64,000 nt of DNA from Zygnema circumcarinatum SAG 698-1b (taxonomy: Eukaryota > Plantae > Zygnematophyceae): the NCBI GenBank assembly GCA_037447605.1, contig CM074814.1:806001-870000 (forward strand). Reading direction: 5' to 3'. The translations under genes and the position numbers were made by a program. The notes beneath the pieces were generated by a model. That model was not told the origin of the DNA. It saw nothing but the letters and a program-made list of their open reading frames with translations, and ran no database searches. Below, piece by piece: positions 40,901-56,600 of this stretch. Position 1 is the stretch's first letter. Every line of letters begins with the position of its first letter.

Positions 40901-43900
40901 CACAGACGCAAACACGGAACAATTGCTGTTCAAGCACTTGAACACAAACATAAGCACACACAATCATTGCCTACTGATAAAGTGGTTAATCAGATTGCAG
41001 TGCTGGATTTAATCACTTCTACAGCATTGCTAACATACAAACAATGACGAATAAGGTAATGTCCAAGTGGGATGCAGGAAGTATCGATTTATGGAGGCAT
41101 ACAAGGGAGGATTTGAAGTACAAAAGGCAAGGCATGTAGAGCATTACCCCTTCGTCCATCTATCAGCAAGCAAATATTGGTAAATTTCAACGAAATCCAA
41201 TAACAAAAGTGTGATGAAGCCACTCAGTTAACCGCATCATAGGCTCTACATGGTGTCACTAGTACACTCAGCCATAACTTATATCATCCATGTGGCCTCC
41301 ACCTCACTTCTGTAGGCAATATCGTGTGGCTTGATACCTCACAGCCATCTGAAAAACCTTCATCCTTGCTGGGTAATAATATCTTTGATGGGCATTCCGC
41401 AAGAAGAAGAAGAAAGAAGAAGCAAGAAGCCAGCATTACTCAACAAACACTGGAAGAACCTCACCTGAGGAATCCAGAGATTCGAGAACGTGGTACACTG
41501 AAAGGAGCCGAGAACGAGAATAGAGAAGCAACAAGTAGCTCAACCGCCTCTTCTTGAAGGGCTCCTCCAAACATGTGACACGCGACCCACCTCTTCGCCA
41601 ATCTGCTCCACGCCAGCCAGTGCACCTTTCAGCACTCCGTGTACATACACAAGGAAGGAGGGAAGGAGTGGGAGGAGGAGGTGACATGCACAATTAAAGC
41701 TAAAACCTATATGGAAGGTAATGTGACAACTAGACACGATAAAAAAAGTATCGGCTAGAAAACGCCTCACATCAATGGACACACAGTGAATGCACGAATG
41801 TCAAAATAAATCTGAATCGCAGTTTGGACTTAACATACTGTTCAATCATTGGCAACAATAATTTACTTACCGTGTTATGGGTGCGTAGAGTGGATGAGCT
41901 CCTTGTAGTCCGGACAAAACACTGCCATGAAAAACTCGCAAAACATAGTCTGTTTCCGGGCCTCCCTTCGGTATTGCCCTGTTACTGGGTAGAGATGGAG
42001 CTGAAGTACCTGAAGCAGTTATTTGTATTTCACCCCCACAACCACCAGCGACTGAAACTTCAAGGTCCGAAAAAAAAGGGTTGGGTTGCTCCATCCTCGT
42101 GATTCTTGACTCACGAAATCTCTACAGCTGTCAAACCGCCTTAAAACTAACTCTCAACTTCAATATCACAAAACAACGTGTGGACATTCATATTGCAGGC
42201 TGTTATGCTAAGCAAGTTGCAATGCCAGCTTTCGTTACAGGACACCCATGCACTCCATGAATGCGCCAGTGAAAGAAAAAATACTTGCCTTCTGCCTCTA
42301 GTGCAGAACGGTGAAGAAAAGTGGGGTCACGGTCATATGCCACTCGGAGTCGAAATGCGAAGCCATGCAGAAAAAGGTCAACAGTCTCTTCAGATGCAAC
42401 CACATACGCTCCTTCACTCTGCTCCAAGCTGCACCAAAAATTCTTCGGTAAAGGGAGCGCCTAAACTTGCCAAACTCTAAACGCTGGTTCATGAGTTTCC
42501 ACAAATGCACAGCTTTTGCACTGTCAAAAGGGGAAAAGGAAAGTCATTATCAAGAGAGACCAGCCTGCTCGAAATGGCAGACTATTCAGCAGTTTGTACA
42601 AGAGCATAACTAACCTTCGGGCAACCTTAAGGCAAAAGGCAAGCTTCGTTTTCTCAATGGCGATGGGATCATCAGGCCATTTGCCTGAACCCTCCAGCTG
42701 CTCAAGGAAGTACAACGATAATCGTAAGCAGCATATCAGAATGATAGGAAAAGGCTCTCCGCCAACCAAAGGAGACAAAAAAATTAACAGCTGTGGCTAG
42801 TTCACATGCATTCCATGCATTGCAAATCAATAATGATCGCAACCTAACATACCTAGACTGCTATGATGTTCATTTACTAGCAATTATATGACAAAAAAAT
42901 CGAAACACCTTGAGCCTCCAACAAATGATTGTCTCATATATGCCCATCCGACCAAATCGAGGAGCAGCAAGCCTCTGACTGACCTGAATTGCGACCTCAA
43001 GTGGCTCAACGCAGGCAGAAATCGCTTTGTTCTTTTTCATTAACTGGGTGGCATCTCCCATGGCTAGTGGATGAAGTTTTGGAGGGAAAGCGGCAGACTG
43101 ACGAAAGGCTGCAAACCAAACAGAAAGAAGTTTAGTTCGCTTTCTACGATTACTATGGCATCTTCAAACTTGCTGCGAGACCTGTTCGCGCTAAGCTACA
43201 CCAAACTTGATTAGGCAACCACAGGCCCTAGGTCAAAACAGAGCATTTTCGAACAAAACGGGAGGCAAAACGAGCAAACAATATTCGGGCTGAAAGAAAC
43301 CAACAGAAAAAATCCGGTGAGAAAACTCTTTTCTTTACTAAATTAGAAGCAGAAGAGACAGAGCATTAATCACTAGCTGTAACGGACTAGAGGCCAAAAA
43401 AAAACTCGAACGAATTACCAGAATTAAGTGGCTGAACTCCAACAATAGCCAACGGTAAATTTTGCATAGTCCTTAAAGACTTGGAGAGTTTCTCGAATCC
43501 CTCCAGCAGTTTAGGACTACTTTCCATGGGATCTGTTAGCCACAAACAGAAAACACAAGGAAAAAAAGGTCTTGCTCAAGCATATCATGTGGCCAACTCA
43601 GCCTGGCCTGCAGTTCCATAACCATTGTTCCATAGAATTCTCAAGAAGCAAAAACATAAAAAAAAATCCAGGAACATGTAGACGTTACAAGCACGGAAAA
43701 GTTAAAAAAAAAAACTCGCCAGACATGAATCATGGTCTCAAACAAATGTATTGCACATTTTGCTCAGAGTACAAGCACAGGTCAAGGCCTACAAGTAAGG
43801 CCTGCATAAAGGTGTTAGTTCACCCTGTAGGGATGTGCAAAGAAATGACACAATGACGCATCAGATTTGAATTTGTTGCTATGGCGTGTTCAGTCCTTAA

Positions 43901-46900
43901 GATCTGCATGCAAACGTTGATTCGTAATCTCAACAATGGAAACGGAGATCATGCTTGATATCTAGAACCTCACAAATGAAAAAACATACCTGCTCCACTC
44001 TCCAACAAAGCGGAATCAAGCTGTCCAGAAGTGACGAGGACAGTGCCGGGGGGAGCTGCTAGATGACGTTGTAGAACATGCTCGACAATCGATTGTGGAA
44101 TAAGATGTCTTTTCTGGGGAGGGCATTCCCAAACTGCGGAACACAGCGAGAATATAAAATTTGGTGAGGAGCCAGAAAACGTCCAAAGTTAACCGCCTTC
44201 AACAAATCCATCGCACTCTTTTGGTCAATAAATTAGTTGGCATCAAAGGGATGAACACTCATCCTAAGTGCTTCACAGTTAGCAGACAGTGGGAGCTCTG
44301 ACGTGCTGCGGCACTAATGTTAAACAAGCGCATAGGCAGATTCATATCAGCCAAGGTGTCCACTAGGGGGTGGATGTTTACCAGCAGTTTCACAAACGGT
44401 ACTATCCTTAAAGCGCCTCAATTCTGCTTTCGAACCCCAAAAAGCCCTGAATTTCTTCGCCTGCAAAATCCCTCAGTCCAAACTCAAGAGTAGATTAAAA
44501 ACAGTGGTCTGCATAGCTTGACAACGATTGAATCAGAAAACGAACTGCCTACAAGGACTGCAATTACTGTCCAGCATATCACTGAAGGTGGAAATAAATT
44601 GCATAAAGCGAGTAAGAAAATCTCACGGATACGATCCAGCATACCTCAGCCTTGTTGTCTGCACTTGGTCCAACATCTGCCAATCGAAAAGCCACATCTG
44701 GCTCATTCAAAAGTACACCTGCTTTGATCGGACCTCCATGCACAGGCACATCCTGAAGACAGTTCCACAAATCATGATTCAGTGCCATCTCAACTGTCTT
44801 GTAATGACGACACAGTCACTGAAAATTTTAAGAATATAGAAGTTACTGCATCAATGCTGCTCTGATATTTCTCCTGCGCTTATCAACAGTTCAAGAGAAT
44901 GAAAAAATACCTTGTCCAGTGTCCAGTCGGTGCTTATTTGCCGTCGCATGACCACTACCAGACGGGCTCTCTCCCCAAAACCTCGAGTCAAAAGCTGCTC
45001 CACTCGGGCTTCCTCTCGCCTCCAGCTATCGTCATCCAAAAAGCGCTGGGCATCGACTGGTCCTTCTGGCGGAGCAGCAGTTGAAGCTGAGCTCACGGAA
45101 GAGGTACCCACATAGCTGTCCCATTCCCAGCGACGTCGCGCTCGGAGGGCTTAATATACCACCACCTGATACAAGCAAATGAATATACGCAGATGCCAGT
45201 ATAATCAAGAGAATTGCAAACGCCAGCTGCTGGCAAATAGACCTTAAAGAACTCCTGAATACCAAAGCAGAATGAACTTTAATTTTGTCAAGCCTTCCAT
45301 TGACGTTGTCCGTCATACTTGACTGTCTGCTTTAAACATTATGAGTAATCAAGATTACCAATGACCCATACCTCACAATGTTCTTTGTTTAAGGTAATGA
45401 CATAAGGTCAAGAAAATGCTTTGATACATAAAAATGCAAACAGTAGGTCTAAATTCAATAGTAGCCTAAAATGGACAAAAACACGAAACATTTCAAGTCA
45501 GCATGGTAGTAAATTGTGGTCGAAAGCATGACAATGTCAGAATGACGAATGTCGCTTATTGTCCCTTCCCTAGACCAAAGTACAGATCAAGCGAAGGAAA
45601 CCATTAGCAGTATGCTGTTGGCGACTTTCAGCGCTGCATGTGCTACGTGAAAAAGCACACCAGTGACTCTAGTCCGTCGCCGTATTCTGCTATCGCTAAG
45701 ATACTGGGACAAATTGATTTAAATTCGTCACAGAAACCATCCAAGGTTCTCAATCAGCAACCAAAACTCGTAGCGCCTCCTAAGCCAGGAATCAGGCAGT
45801 GAATCGAGTAAAGTTGACAGGGCTGCAGGTATTAGTCCCGCTAAAGACAGTAGAATCACCTGACGTGGTAATCATATTTTGCAGCATAATCAACTCGTGT
45901 CATAAAAATGGAGTCGAATCCATCCACCTTGTCGTCAGCCAGAGTCGCCAAGGTCATTGCTGATTCAAGCTTCAACTGAACGACAGCGCCAAAAACAAAC
46001 CCATATAGTCCTTTAGTTAACAACCAACGACGAGGCAAAACCCAAGAGAAAACACTCACGAACTTACATAAAATTCAAATCAATCATTTCAGGGTTGAGC
46101 AGAGGTAAAACAGGCTATCCCTTAGGATAACCAACTATCAGCGAAATCAATTTGTCTCAGTGACGAGTGGATATTCCCCTCAGACAAAGATTGTACAGAT
46201 AATATAGGAGCACACCCAGTATCTATCATTAGCAAAAACAATTTCATTCACGCAATGGCCAAGGTGCCATCAAGCAGATTAATGGGATTGCCTCACGAAA
46301 CCCTGGCGGCAACAAAGCAAAGCAACACCTTACCTCAGCAAGGGCCGAACGAGTAACTCGCGCTGCAAGGTTAAGGCGGCCCAGTGGATCACACAGAACT
46401 ACGGGGTAGGCCCGGGACATCGAGTTTCTCCCCTGTTAACAAGCGGTACATTCATGGCCAAGTCTTAGGTATCTATGTAGGCAACTACAGTAAATGGTCA
46501 GCAATCATAAGAGGAACAAGTCAAGCCTCAGTTGTATCTCAACACATAGCTAGTCAATAAGGCAAGGCATAAGGAGTTGAGAAACCATGGCATACACTGA
46601 CAAGGTTGAAAATCTGAGAGCAGATAAGATTAGAAACTGCAGGAATGAGTGCTGCACCTTTGCGATGAGAGCATTCGGCTTGCCATCTTCTTGCTGTAAG
46701 TAAATGCCCTTCTCAAGCTGACCTCCGTTTGCTGTGAAAAGCGTTCACAAAATCCAGGAACATCGAAGTGTCACTTCCTAAATGAATTACATGCTGCCAT
46801 ATCCTAACACGACGTATAATGAACGAGTACCAATTTCGAGTACACTTCAGGTAATCTTAAGCTTAACAATAACGTTGAAAATCACGTCTCCCAAACCTCC

Positions 46901-49758
46901 TTGCCGAAGTAAAACACAAAACTCACCAATAAAGTCCATAACAACTCGGAATATCTGATAAGGTGTCATCTGCGGGCTCACTCGACTGCCCCCTGATGGT
47001 GTGCGAAGATGAGCGACGAGTATGGACAACAGAAAGCCATTGAACGAGTCAGGTCGAGAGTGAAAATCCCTTTGTCTTGCCCAGACCTGTAGAATAGCCC
47101 AAATCCCCATAAGATGAGAAAGTCAATACCTTAACCAACTGGATCCGAAAGACCAAAGCCAAGCTCACTTCATCAACAAAAGTTAAAAAAACAAATCCGA
47201 ATGCTCATGAGAGGCCACGCTAATGTGCTTCAACTTACAATGGGTCACAAAGTGGCCTAGTCACCTTCAAGAGTAGAACTGCATCGAAGAGAGCAGGGCA
47301 GGAGGAAATGTGACAGTGAAGCCAGTGCAGATGATCTTTCTGGCCAATATCTTCCAGAATACTTGCATTATAGTTTGGAGTGGCTAAGGCCTGGCCATCT
47401 GCAATCAATTCTAACTCCAAAAATAAGACAAGGGAGAGACTGAATGAAGGCCTACTGCTACCCCCTTTCAGAACTTGGCAAGAACGCATTCGCAAGCAAC
47501 TAAGAAATTTAGAATGTTGAAGAGGAGAACAACAATTGTCGAAATGGTACAGCACATTCCAGTGTCCATAAAATAGGGGCAGCCCACCATAGCCTCGTTT
47601 TACATGACGAACCGAACGTATTTGAAGAAGCAGCAGGTACATTCCATGAAAATCACACCTTTAGACTTGGCAGTTCGAACATTGTTGCGAGTTGGAACAA
47701 GTTTTGAGAGGTCGAAGGTGTTCAGGCCAACAGTAGCATGCACCCGGATTACAAAACTTGCAGTTGCTCCTGTATTGGTGGATTCTGCAAGAATAGTGCA
47801 GGTATACTTCAGCTCCAAGAGTTGGCACCTGAGCAATTCAGGAGCCAAACTTCTTAAGAAATATGGCAATGCGCATTGACGCCTCCATCAAGGCATGACC
47901 AGGTTGCGTTGAAAAGCGGAATAACGGTTGATCTTGAGGTAAACTTCATTTACAAAAATCACAACAGAAATGATAATACCTTCAAGAACATCAAAAACCA
48001 AATTGACAAGATAAGGATTCAAAATGGCGCATTGCGTCTGCAATGGAGGCTCGGCATCTGACAAAGACTAGCCGAAAATAATAAAAAAAGTGGCCATTGA
48101 CAAAAAACTTACTTGGTCGAAGGAGAAGTAAAGGCTTTCTCACATCACCACGAAATGTGCCCCACTTGATGTCCTCAAAGAGGTTACTGGCCGCTAAACG
48201 TTGGGATAAAGTTTGCAGATACATTGCACGTTTCACATGGTATCGATGGTTCAGGTAATCCTTCTCATGAAAACAGGCCTGAACAAATGAAAAACCAGAG
48301 TAAACAGAAACTGCTTCAATGAAATTTCATGAAACGCGATGAATCTGATTGGAAGAGAGATTGCCAAGGCTACAGAAACATTTTTTCTACAAATTCATGA
48401 CTGAACAAAGGCCAAAGAAGAAAGCAAACAGAGATGGAGCATACAGGCCATCACCACTGTAGTGCAACGTCCAAACCATTGCAAGCCGCACTGTTCATAA
48501 CTTCACAATTGACCTCAATCAGCTTAAGTAGGAAGGCTCATCCTATGAAGCCTCGTCAAGCCAGTTCATCAAGATACGAGCAACAATAGAACCAGTCATC
48601 CTCCAGCTGTCTGTGGCTCCATCTCCCTATCTCAAAGTCATTCTGGAATAAGAAAAGAAGCCTCATCCATAGCAATTTCCACTGCATGGCAATCGTGTGT
48701 TGCATCAAAAGTGTAAAAGAAACATCCTTCCACACCTGCAACTCAATCAACGAGCAGACAAACAAAATGTAAAAAAAATCATGCAAACCTTACCTTTGGA
48801 ATCTCCACAACAAGGTCTACATTCGCCTCCGGCTTTGCCACAGTTTGTAACATGAAACTTCCCACCACACTCACTGACGACGGCTTCGAAAATCGAAAGC
48901 TCAACTTCGAAGCTGGAACACCAAGGGCATTTGCGTATGCGACAGGAACGGCTTGATCCACCTGCAGAGGCAATCACAGAACATCAGCAAATCTCCAAAG
49001 ACAAGGCCATATTCAAGCAGTCTAGAAACGAAAAATCTATTGATGGTGTCAATTGAGGGTCCTTTGTCCTTACTCCATCTTGAATCGACTCCATACACGC
49101 TTTCGCTGAATGTAGAGCCTCTTCAACCACACTCAGCCTCTTGTAATCAACTGCAACCTCCTTCAGAAGCTCGCCGACCTGCAGAGGTGCCGCTTAAAGA
49201 GACTTAGTTCCAGCTAAAATTCAAAAAACGTGGATGAGCCACATTCTGTATATACAATTTCACATCAAACAAACTGAATACCACCACATTCGCAGGCTTC
49301 AAAAATATTATGAGAAACAGGACAATAGCCTTCACAATCCCGCTTTATTTACTTTATCAGCATCCCGTCCTCCCCGCAATGCAGAACAATTAAGGAGTGC
49401 GGACCTGCCAGTTATCCAAGCTCACCTGCAGCTTGAAAAGTGCCGATTTAAAGGTAGTCTTAACAGAAGCAAGCTCCTCTGCTGACTGCCGACCGGACTG
49501 CTTCCCTGCTGAAGTCCTCACATTTCCATTGAGATTAACCCTTGGCAAATTCAGTAAACCCCCTCCGCTCCCTGGTCTCTGCTCCAAAACATGTTCCTCC
49601 TCCTTTCCCTCCCTCTCCCCTCCCACATCACTGCCCCTCTCAGCAGCAAGCCGCTTCCTCTCCTTCTCCACGCCCCCCTCCACACCCTCCGCCAGTCCTT
49701 TCCTCTTCTTCCCGCCTTTCCTTGCCTGCACCACTCCCGGCCCGGCTGCAGCCGCCAT
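37973..49758 (-). CDS. NOL6: Nucleolar protein 6 / UTP22 (Nrap family), multi-exon
   Basis: Exons encode VVGSFMLQTVAKPEANVDLVVEIPK, CFHEKDYLNHRYHVKRAMYL, TPNYNASILED, DSFNGFLLSILVAHL, DETVDLFLHGFAFRL, IATPYDQDHSVWT, GFDP, FWHDPIGGAAIGLSW, and a last exon ending ...LGLGLVDALYVNPKHS* (TAG 37973-37975). Confidence 0.92.
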
Positions 49759-49852
49759 GGCTGCGCCGCTTCCCTACCCTCTCCTCCCACTCTTCCCCCT
49801 GCCCTTCACCTCTCAGCATTTGTCTATTGCAAACTAAATACAGAAAGGTTAT

Positions 49853-49904
49853 CCAATGGAAATTGACCACGTGTATAAAATTACACGTGGCGCCTTGTGA
49901 TTGG
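49853..49904. promoter_or_regulatory. Palindromic double CCAAT-N9-CCACG module upstream of NOL6
   Basis: CCAAT ggaaattga CCACG (49853-49871), 14-nt spacer, CGTGG cgccttgtg ATTGG (49886-49904); ~95 bp upstream of the ATG. Confidence 0.75.
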
Positions 49905-50638
49905 AAATGGTCCAAAACCCATCCGAAGAGGTCCGCGCTGAGCCCCCGAAAGCCGACAGCGACGCACGGACGGACCGTACCGTACGGGTTTTGTATTCCG
50001 TACATTGGTACGTGTTTCGTACAGAGGGGGCCGGAGGGGACGAGGGAGGGGGGAGGCGGTCATTTAATGAGGGGACGAGGCTCGAGAGAGGATGCTCTGG
50101 CTGAAGGGGCTGGCCATGGCGGCTGCTGGAGGTGGGGCTGACCAGGAGAGGCCTACCGGGAGTTCAATGGGAATAAAAATATTTACCTGTAAACCTATTT
50201 ATTCTGTAAATTCTGAAAGCAGTTTATGTCAGAAGTAGAAGGGGGGATGGGGAGAAGATTAAAAAGGGTGTCGAGACTTTGCCGTTTCTCAGATCTCTTC
50301 ACCTTTGTTGCTTTGATGTTGCTGGTGCTATTTTACAGCAAATGTTTGGCGTAGTTGTTTTGATCCTGTCGGCAGTTTGTTACTTTGGCGCCGTTGGCTA
50401 CTTTCTTTTTTAATTAAGATTATGGGGAGACCCCACTCCCAAAAAGTCTTCCTTTCCCTACCCCCCTCCCTCCCCTTGTACTTTGGCGGCGGAACATTAG
50501 TGAGCAGATTGGCTCCTCAAGAAAGATTCAACCCAAAAGCCAAGCAACACACTCAAAGAACAATGAAATCCGCAGATTCGACCAAACCTTCAGCTGCTGA
50601 AATGTCAACTATTATCCGTACACTTAGCGCCCATATCT

Positions 50639-53600
50639 CTACAACGACTTCAAAGCTTCCTCCGCAGCTTTGAGAAGGTTGAGCCCTAAAACGGCGTCTT
50701 CACAGTTGACCTTCACTTGGACCACCGCCCGCCATACTTCTGTCCCTTCCTGCATTGGAGCCCCTTCATTGCTTACAGTCATAAGGCATGGGAGACCCCT
50801 CGTCAGCGTCTGTGCACTGAATCTTAGACGCCACTTCTGCCACGAGTGATCTGCCATGTCATCAGCTGTGGCAGAAACTAAGGCCGTGCACACCACATCG
50901 AGAATTTTTTTGGCTGCGGTTCGCACATATTGCAAGTCGTTGGGTACATCCCTCGGGTTTGATTGAGAGGTTCCGGTTTTTGGTACACGACCAGCAAGTA
51001 TACTCCTGCAAGAAAATCACTTTTCCACGATGACTCTAAGACACTTGTACCACATCACTGGCTATGGCAGACATGCATGCATGCATGCATGCCTGATTTG
51101 ACAACTTGGATCTCACCTTTTCTTTGCTTCGTGCATTCCGGTCAACTGCCCCTCCAACTGACCAAAGGTTTCGTCACCAATGGCTTTGGGTTGCAGGAGT
51201 GTTCCCACGTCAAGAGAAAGCTTCGCGGGAATTGTCTTTCCGTTGCAGGCAACGGCAAGTTTTACAGGTTTCAGTTGATAACTGCAATCTACATAGAGAT
51301 GAGCTTCTGCAGCCTGTCCGACCCCCAGCTCTTGTATCTCTTCTGAAGGGATGATACTCGGTCGTTTAGCAGCTGCTATAGAGGATATGCTGCCATGCTC
51401 CAATGAAGCAACAAAACTCAGTGAGCTGGAACACAAAGGATTCATATTTTGATATTGCAAAAGGAAGTGAAATGCTTCGATTACAGAACTCTGCACATAT
51501 CTACTTTGCGTCCACTTCTGTATATAAAAAGGATAGTGAAAAAACCATTTCAAAAAAAAGGCTGAATATCAACAAAACCACATGCTCAATCGATAAGTGT
51601 GGGAACCACTCTCCATAGCATAGAATCATGCTAAGACCATCAATGTGCTCTTTTTCAACTTATGAGCAGGAATGATTTGCTGATTCTCACTGCTATTCTC
51701 ACCTTTCTTTCGCATCGCCAGACGATGCTGCTACCTCCTCTGACTCTAAAACACTGATGTTCAGAAGAGTTTCTGTTGAACGGTTTTGGAGGTGAAGTCG
51801 AACTCCTATCAGATGTTCAGCTTTCTTGCCACCAATATCCCTGTCAAAAGTGTAGTCCACTTCTAACCCATCACCCTTCGTAAAATCTAATAGTCTTTGC
51901 CGTCTAGGACACCCCTTTAGTCCTTCCAAGTAGGTGGCCCAATTCCCAGTTACATTCGCACTATTTATGCTTGGAATGGCTCTGTTTGATGGTTCAGCTG
52001 TCAGCCATCCCTCCAAACTGCTTGAAGCCAACATCTCACCACCTGCCTCTCTCACACTATCTCCCTCCCTACCGTCCCAATCCATTAAGCTGTACTGTAC
52101 CCCTGTTACTCCTGAGGGAGCCATTGCCTCACCTCCTCCCTCTGACAGATCAATAAGCGGTCTGAAATCTGCCTCATCAAACCTTCTGTTTTCCTTTTGT
52201 ATCCCTCTTCTTGAGCTTTCCCTGTCCATTCCCACTTCCCTCGATAGTGGCGATAAAGCTCCTCCATCTGCAGCCACTCTCTGATCTCCTTCCAATCCTC
52301 CAACTCCACTTGCCTTTTTTCCAAAGTCACTATGCAATGAGAGGCTATCATTCTCACCTTCCCTGTCACTATCTGTGTAGTCACTACTGTAAAATGAAGC
52401 CGATTCTGACGTCCAGTCTTCCGCATCATACTTGTTATCTTCTTCACTTTTCCGCCACGTGTCTCTTTCTCTATTGATAACTTCGATTCTCTCAGATACA
52501 ACTTCCGTGGGAGTTTCTTCTATTGAGTTTGGCTCAGGCAGAGGCTCGTAACCAGGGGCTCGATGGTTCACAGTATGTGAAAGGGAACCAATAGTAAAGG
52601 AAGACCTGTCAGGGAGGAAAGGTAGCAATCCTGGAAGAGGCTTATGGCTAAGTAATATCTTCTCTACAGACTTAGCCAAGAACTGCTCTCTCACTTTTTC
52701 TTCCTGCTCATTTCTCCCTACCCTCTCACCAGATGCCAAGTCATCCGCTTTCCTGTCGGGTTCACCTAACACGGCACTCTCTCTCTCTCTCCCACTCTTT
52801 TCCTTTCCAGAAAGATCAGTGATCAGTTCTGCAGCCCAGTCCCTCTCCCCTCCTGTTTCTCCTGTTAACCCACCTGCCTCTTCACTGTTTTCAGCTCCAT
52901 TTTTGAAGCTGGTCTGGCCTGATTCTGCATTGCTATGCAATTTTAGGAGATTCCGCAACATTCTTCCACGATCTCTAATGTCATAATTTTGGTCATAATG
53001 TGCCATATCAAGGATGTACTGCATGAGAAGGTGCAGAGAGTTTTTCTCAGGGCTGCCAATTGGAGCCTTTGAGCGGAGTAGAACCTGCAATGATTTTTTA
53101 TTCATCAGATAAGGGGTGGAATAGATAGATGGGTGGCGTTGGCTCATGATACTACCTACCATCAGAACCATCAAAAGATCAAGATCAGATGACCTTCAAG
53201 CACACAACAGAAAGCCCAAGATCCACTCGGGAAAATTTAATATAAGAGGAAAAGAGCAAGACACAAGCATTCGGGTTTGAAAGCTCAATCCAAACAAACA
53301 TAAACTGCTTCTTAAGATGCCAGTTTATCCAGAAGCATTGAAGGCCCTTTCGCAACAGTATCAGTACAAAAGATACCTTAGACTTGGCAAAAGTAACACA
53401 TGTTAATACCTGCTCTTCTTTGGCAAGACCTAAGGATGCCTTTTCAGAAACATACCTTCCCGTTCAACTGCAATATCGACATCACAATGTCCAGACAGTA
53501 GCTTACCTTGGCAGTGCTGTTCATAGTCTGAAGCTTTGTTACATCATCTTCCTCTTTGAAATGCAGAGCCATATGACGCATCACTAGGGGAGCCATCTGT

Positions 53601-56600
53601 GATAAAACCTCTCCTTGTGAACAGTACTCCCCAGCAAGCCAAACTGCTACTGCTCGTGCTTCACTAACTTCCAAAGAATTGAAGTTACGAAGAAGCCTTG
53701 CAAGAGCCTGATGATGTCCAACAACCACAGAGCAAGGGTCAAACTCATCATCGAGAAACAAATCACGCAACGATCTCCTAGAGATTCCTTTGAAACAAGA
53801 ATGCATGAAGGGGTTCATCACAAGCTTAAGTGGATACATGGGACCTCGATTTCGAGAAAAAAACTAACCTCTTCATGCCGAGATGGCTGCAGCTGCACTA
53901 GACTTCGAATGGCTGCAACAGCTTCCTTTACCACAACTCCATCCCTTTCTTCTCCTCCCTGCCTTCTCTCCTCCGCCACTCCCCTCTCCGACTGCCCTCC
54001 CAGAAACCAAACCCCCTCACTGTCTGCAGCCCTTTCCTCTCTGACCATCACTTTGGAATCTTCCGTTTCTACAGTTCGTTTCACTTCCAATCCCTTCCCT
54101 CCTCCTTCACTGTTGGAGTTGGATGGGGCAGCTTCAAAACTACCTCTGACTAGTGATGTTTTCGACCGATAACGACTGCTACGGGTAGAGTTTTGCTCCC
54201 CTGATTGTGATTGAGCGAGCTGCAAAAGACCCTCCATGCAGATTGCAGCGATGCCGGGGAGACGGACGGAACAGCTGGCTATAGTTCGAACAGTTTCAGC
54301 CGCAAATTGTCGATCCGGATCATGCACATATGTCTGCACAAGAACAAACTCAACAAGGCATTCCTCAATTCAGATCAGAAAACAGATCAGATGATGTATG
54401 ACGCAACTTGAGTCTCTCGCAGCCCATCATTCACAAGTATCTCTGCAGCAATTGCTTATAGTTTCACACAAAGCAGTGCGTAGGGACTGCTTGAAGGATA
54501 GTGATGGTCGTATTTTTGGAAAACAGGACGGCATACATCCTCACCTGCAATTCACGGAGAATGCTTCTCATGGAGCCCTCTGTGGCTATGTCTGCCAGAA
54601 TTCCCAGTTTGAGGGAGCGAATGACCGGAGCATCAGTTGCGCGAATAAAGAAATCTTCATGGAGAGCATCGAACATAGATGGAAGAGCATTTGCCATTGT
54701 GGATATGGAGGCTAATACCTGAATCAGAGGGATCCCACAAAGATGAATATCATACGTGTGAATGTTTTGGCCGTTGGTTCGTCAACAATGAAAGGGTTAA
54801 CAACCTTTGGCCTTTTCATAAGTTTTGAATGACATAACAGCTACTTTAATGGGTACACGCACCACGTACTGCGAATCAGGTGAAGATCTCAGAAGACAAA
54901 CCAACGGTTTCGCAACTTGCTTAAGCTCATCCTTGTTTGCCAGCTGCCACTTCACTCCCGCTGCTGCCATCACTACTGCAGAATTCCGACTATGAAGCAA
55001 CGGTCCAACACACTTTAGCAGCAGCTTCACATCATTATGTACTTTAGTAGCTCCAACTCTCGTTTGGCCATTGACCCAACTACCACGTTGTCGATGCACA
55101 TCGCCGAACTCCCCTATACCTCCCTTCTCCCCCCAAGTCCCTCCTCTCCTTGCCTCTCCCAAAGACTGATTGCTGCCCTCTGCTTGTGTCCCGCTTGCAA
55201 AAAAATCTTCATAGCTATTCCCAGACTTCCGTGCTTGTTCATGAGCTCCTACTGCGCTTCCATCTCCTCGTTCTACCTCTCCACTCTCTCCTTCCAACTC
55301 CTTATTTGTAGCTTGGCCTACTGCTTCCGCCTTCAGTTCTTGATTCAAAGAGAATCCCATCCCAGATCCCTCCTTGCCAATAGCTTTTGCCGTCTGGTCA
55401 GCCCCCATTGAACCTTCTGGACATCCATGCCTTCCAAGCACATACCTGAGCAGCAAGTCAAGTACTATAACCTGTGTCCATTCATCCATGTCGCGGAGGT
55501 TTTGACAGAGGTTGAGAAACTTAGTTCGCAGGATATCCAAACGCTGTGGGCAGATAGTGAGGAAAGCAGCAGCTGCAGGTCCAAGAACAGTTGTAGAGGA
55601 GTCACCCAGAAGAACTTCCACCAGCTGCAACCATCAATCCACAGAAATCACAACACAAAACTACTATACATAAGATCGAGAGTAGTCACTTGAAGGCTTA
55701 GCTTAGCCTCTAGAAACCAGTCAGGGGCATCTTTCAATTCACTCTCCATTTCAATATCCCCTACCCAAAAAAAAATAACAAAACAAAAACGCACTTTCCA
55801 CCTGCAGGTTTGTCAGTGGAATGAAATTCACTTCCAACTCTTTAGGTCTCCCTGTCTAGAACAAAACTTACCTCTTCTAAAACCTCTTGGTGTTGGTCAC
55901 GATCAATGGCATGAATTTGAGAGATAGCATGTGCTGCACATCTTCTGACGTATGCAGATGGATCTCGAGCACATTTCCTCACAGCCATGGCCAGCAGAGG
56001 GGTCACTGCTTGCAACCGAATTCTTGACATTGCTCGAAGGGCTTGTGCTCGAACAAGGGGGTTGGGGTCGGAGAGCTCTCTCTGAAGGGAGTTGATGGCG
56101 AGGAGGGCTTCATCAGGACGGCTGCAAGCAACATTTTGGGGCTTAAGATCATTAAACAAGACTTTCTTAATTTCAAAATCTAAGATGTAAGAAAACCAAG
56201 AAACTATCTGTGTCAAATATATAAGCATTAATAGGTCGATAGTTTCACATCTGCGATGCAGCACAAAGTAGGCTTGATATACACCACTACGTCCGCCTGC
56301 ATGCATTGATCAGTACATAAGGCATACATGCTTTTTTGATATCTAGAAGTTATGAAACACAAACTAGCATGGAGAATTTCTAAGTTATCGTGCGTAGTTC
56401 AAATAAAACGTACTGCGAATCCTTACACTCGGCCTCTCTATGAACAATACCAGCCCATGTATTCCATGCAGCTTAAGTTTCAAACCGTATACTGTAGTAA
56501 GCCCGTAACATTTTCGAATCTATCGATGACGTTCCACAATGAACTATACCAAAGACACGACTTTCGGGACTGAACAATGCAAAACCGTACTTTGCCTAAG

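Noticed and set aside
53711-55411. + strand ORFs of 124-153 aa (also 32024-32575, 26318-26815, 30163-30951, 49397-50141)
   Set aside because: Antisense shadows of real minus-strand exons, with no independent homology or splice support.
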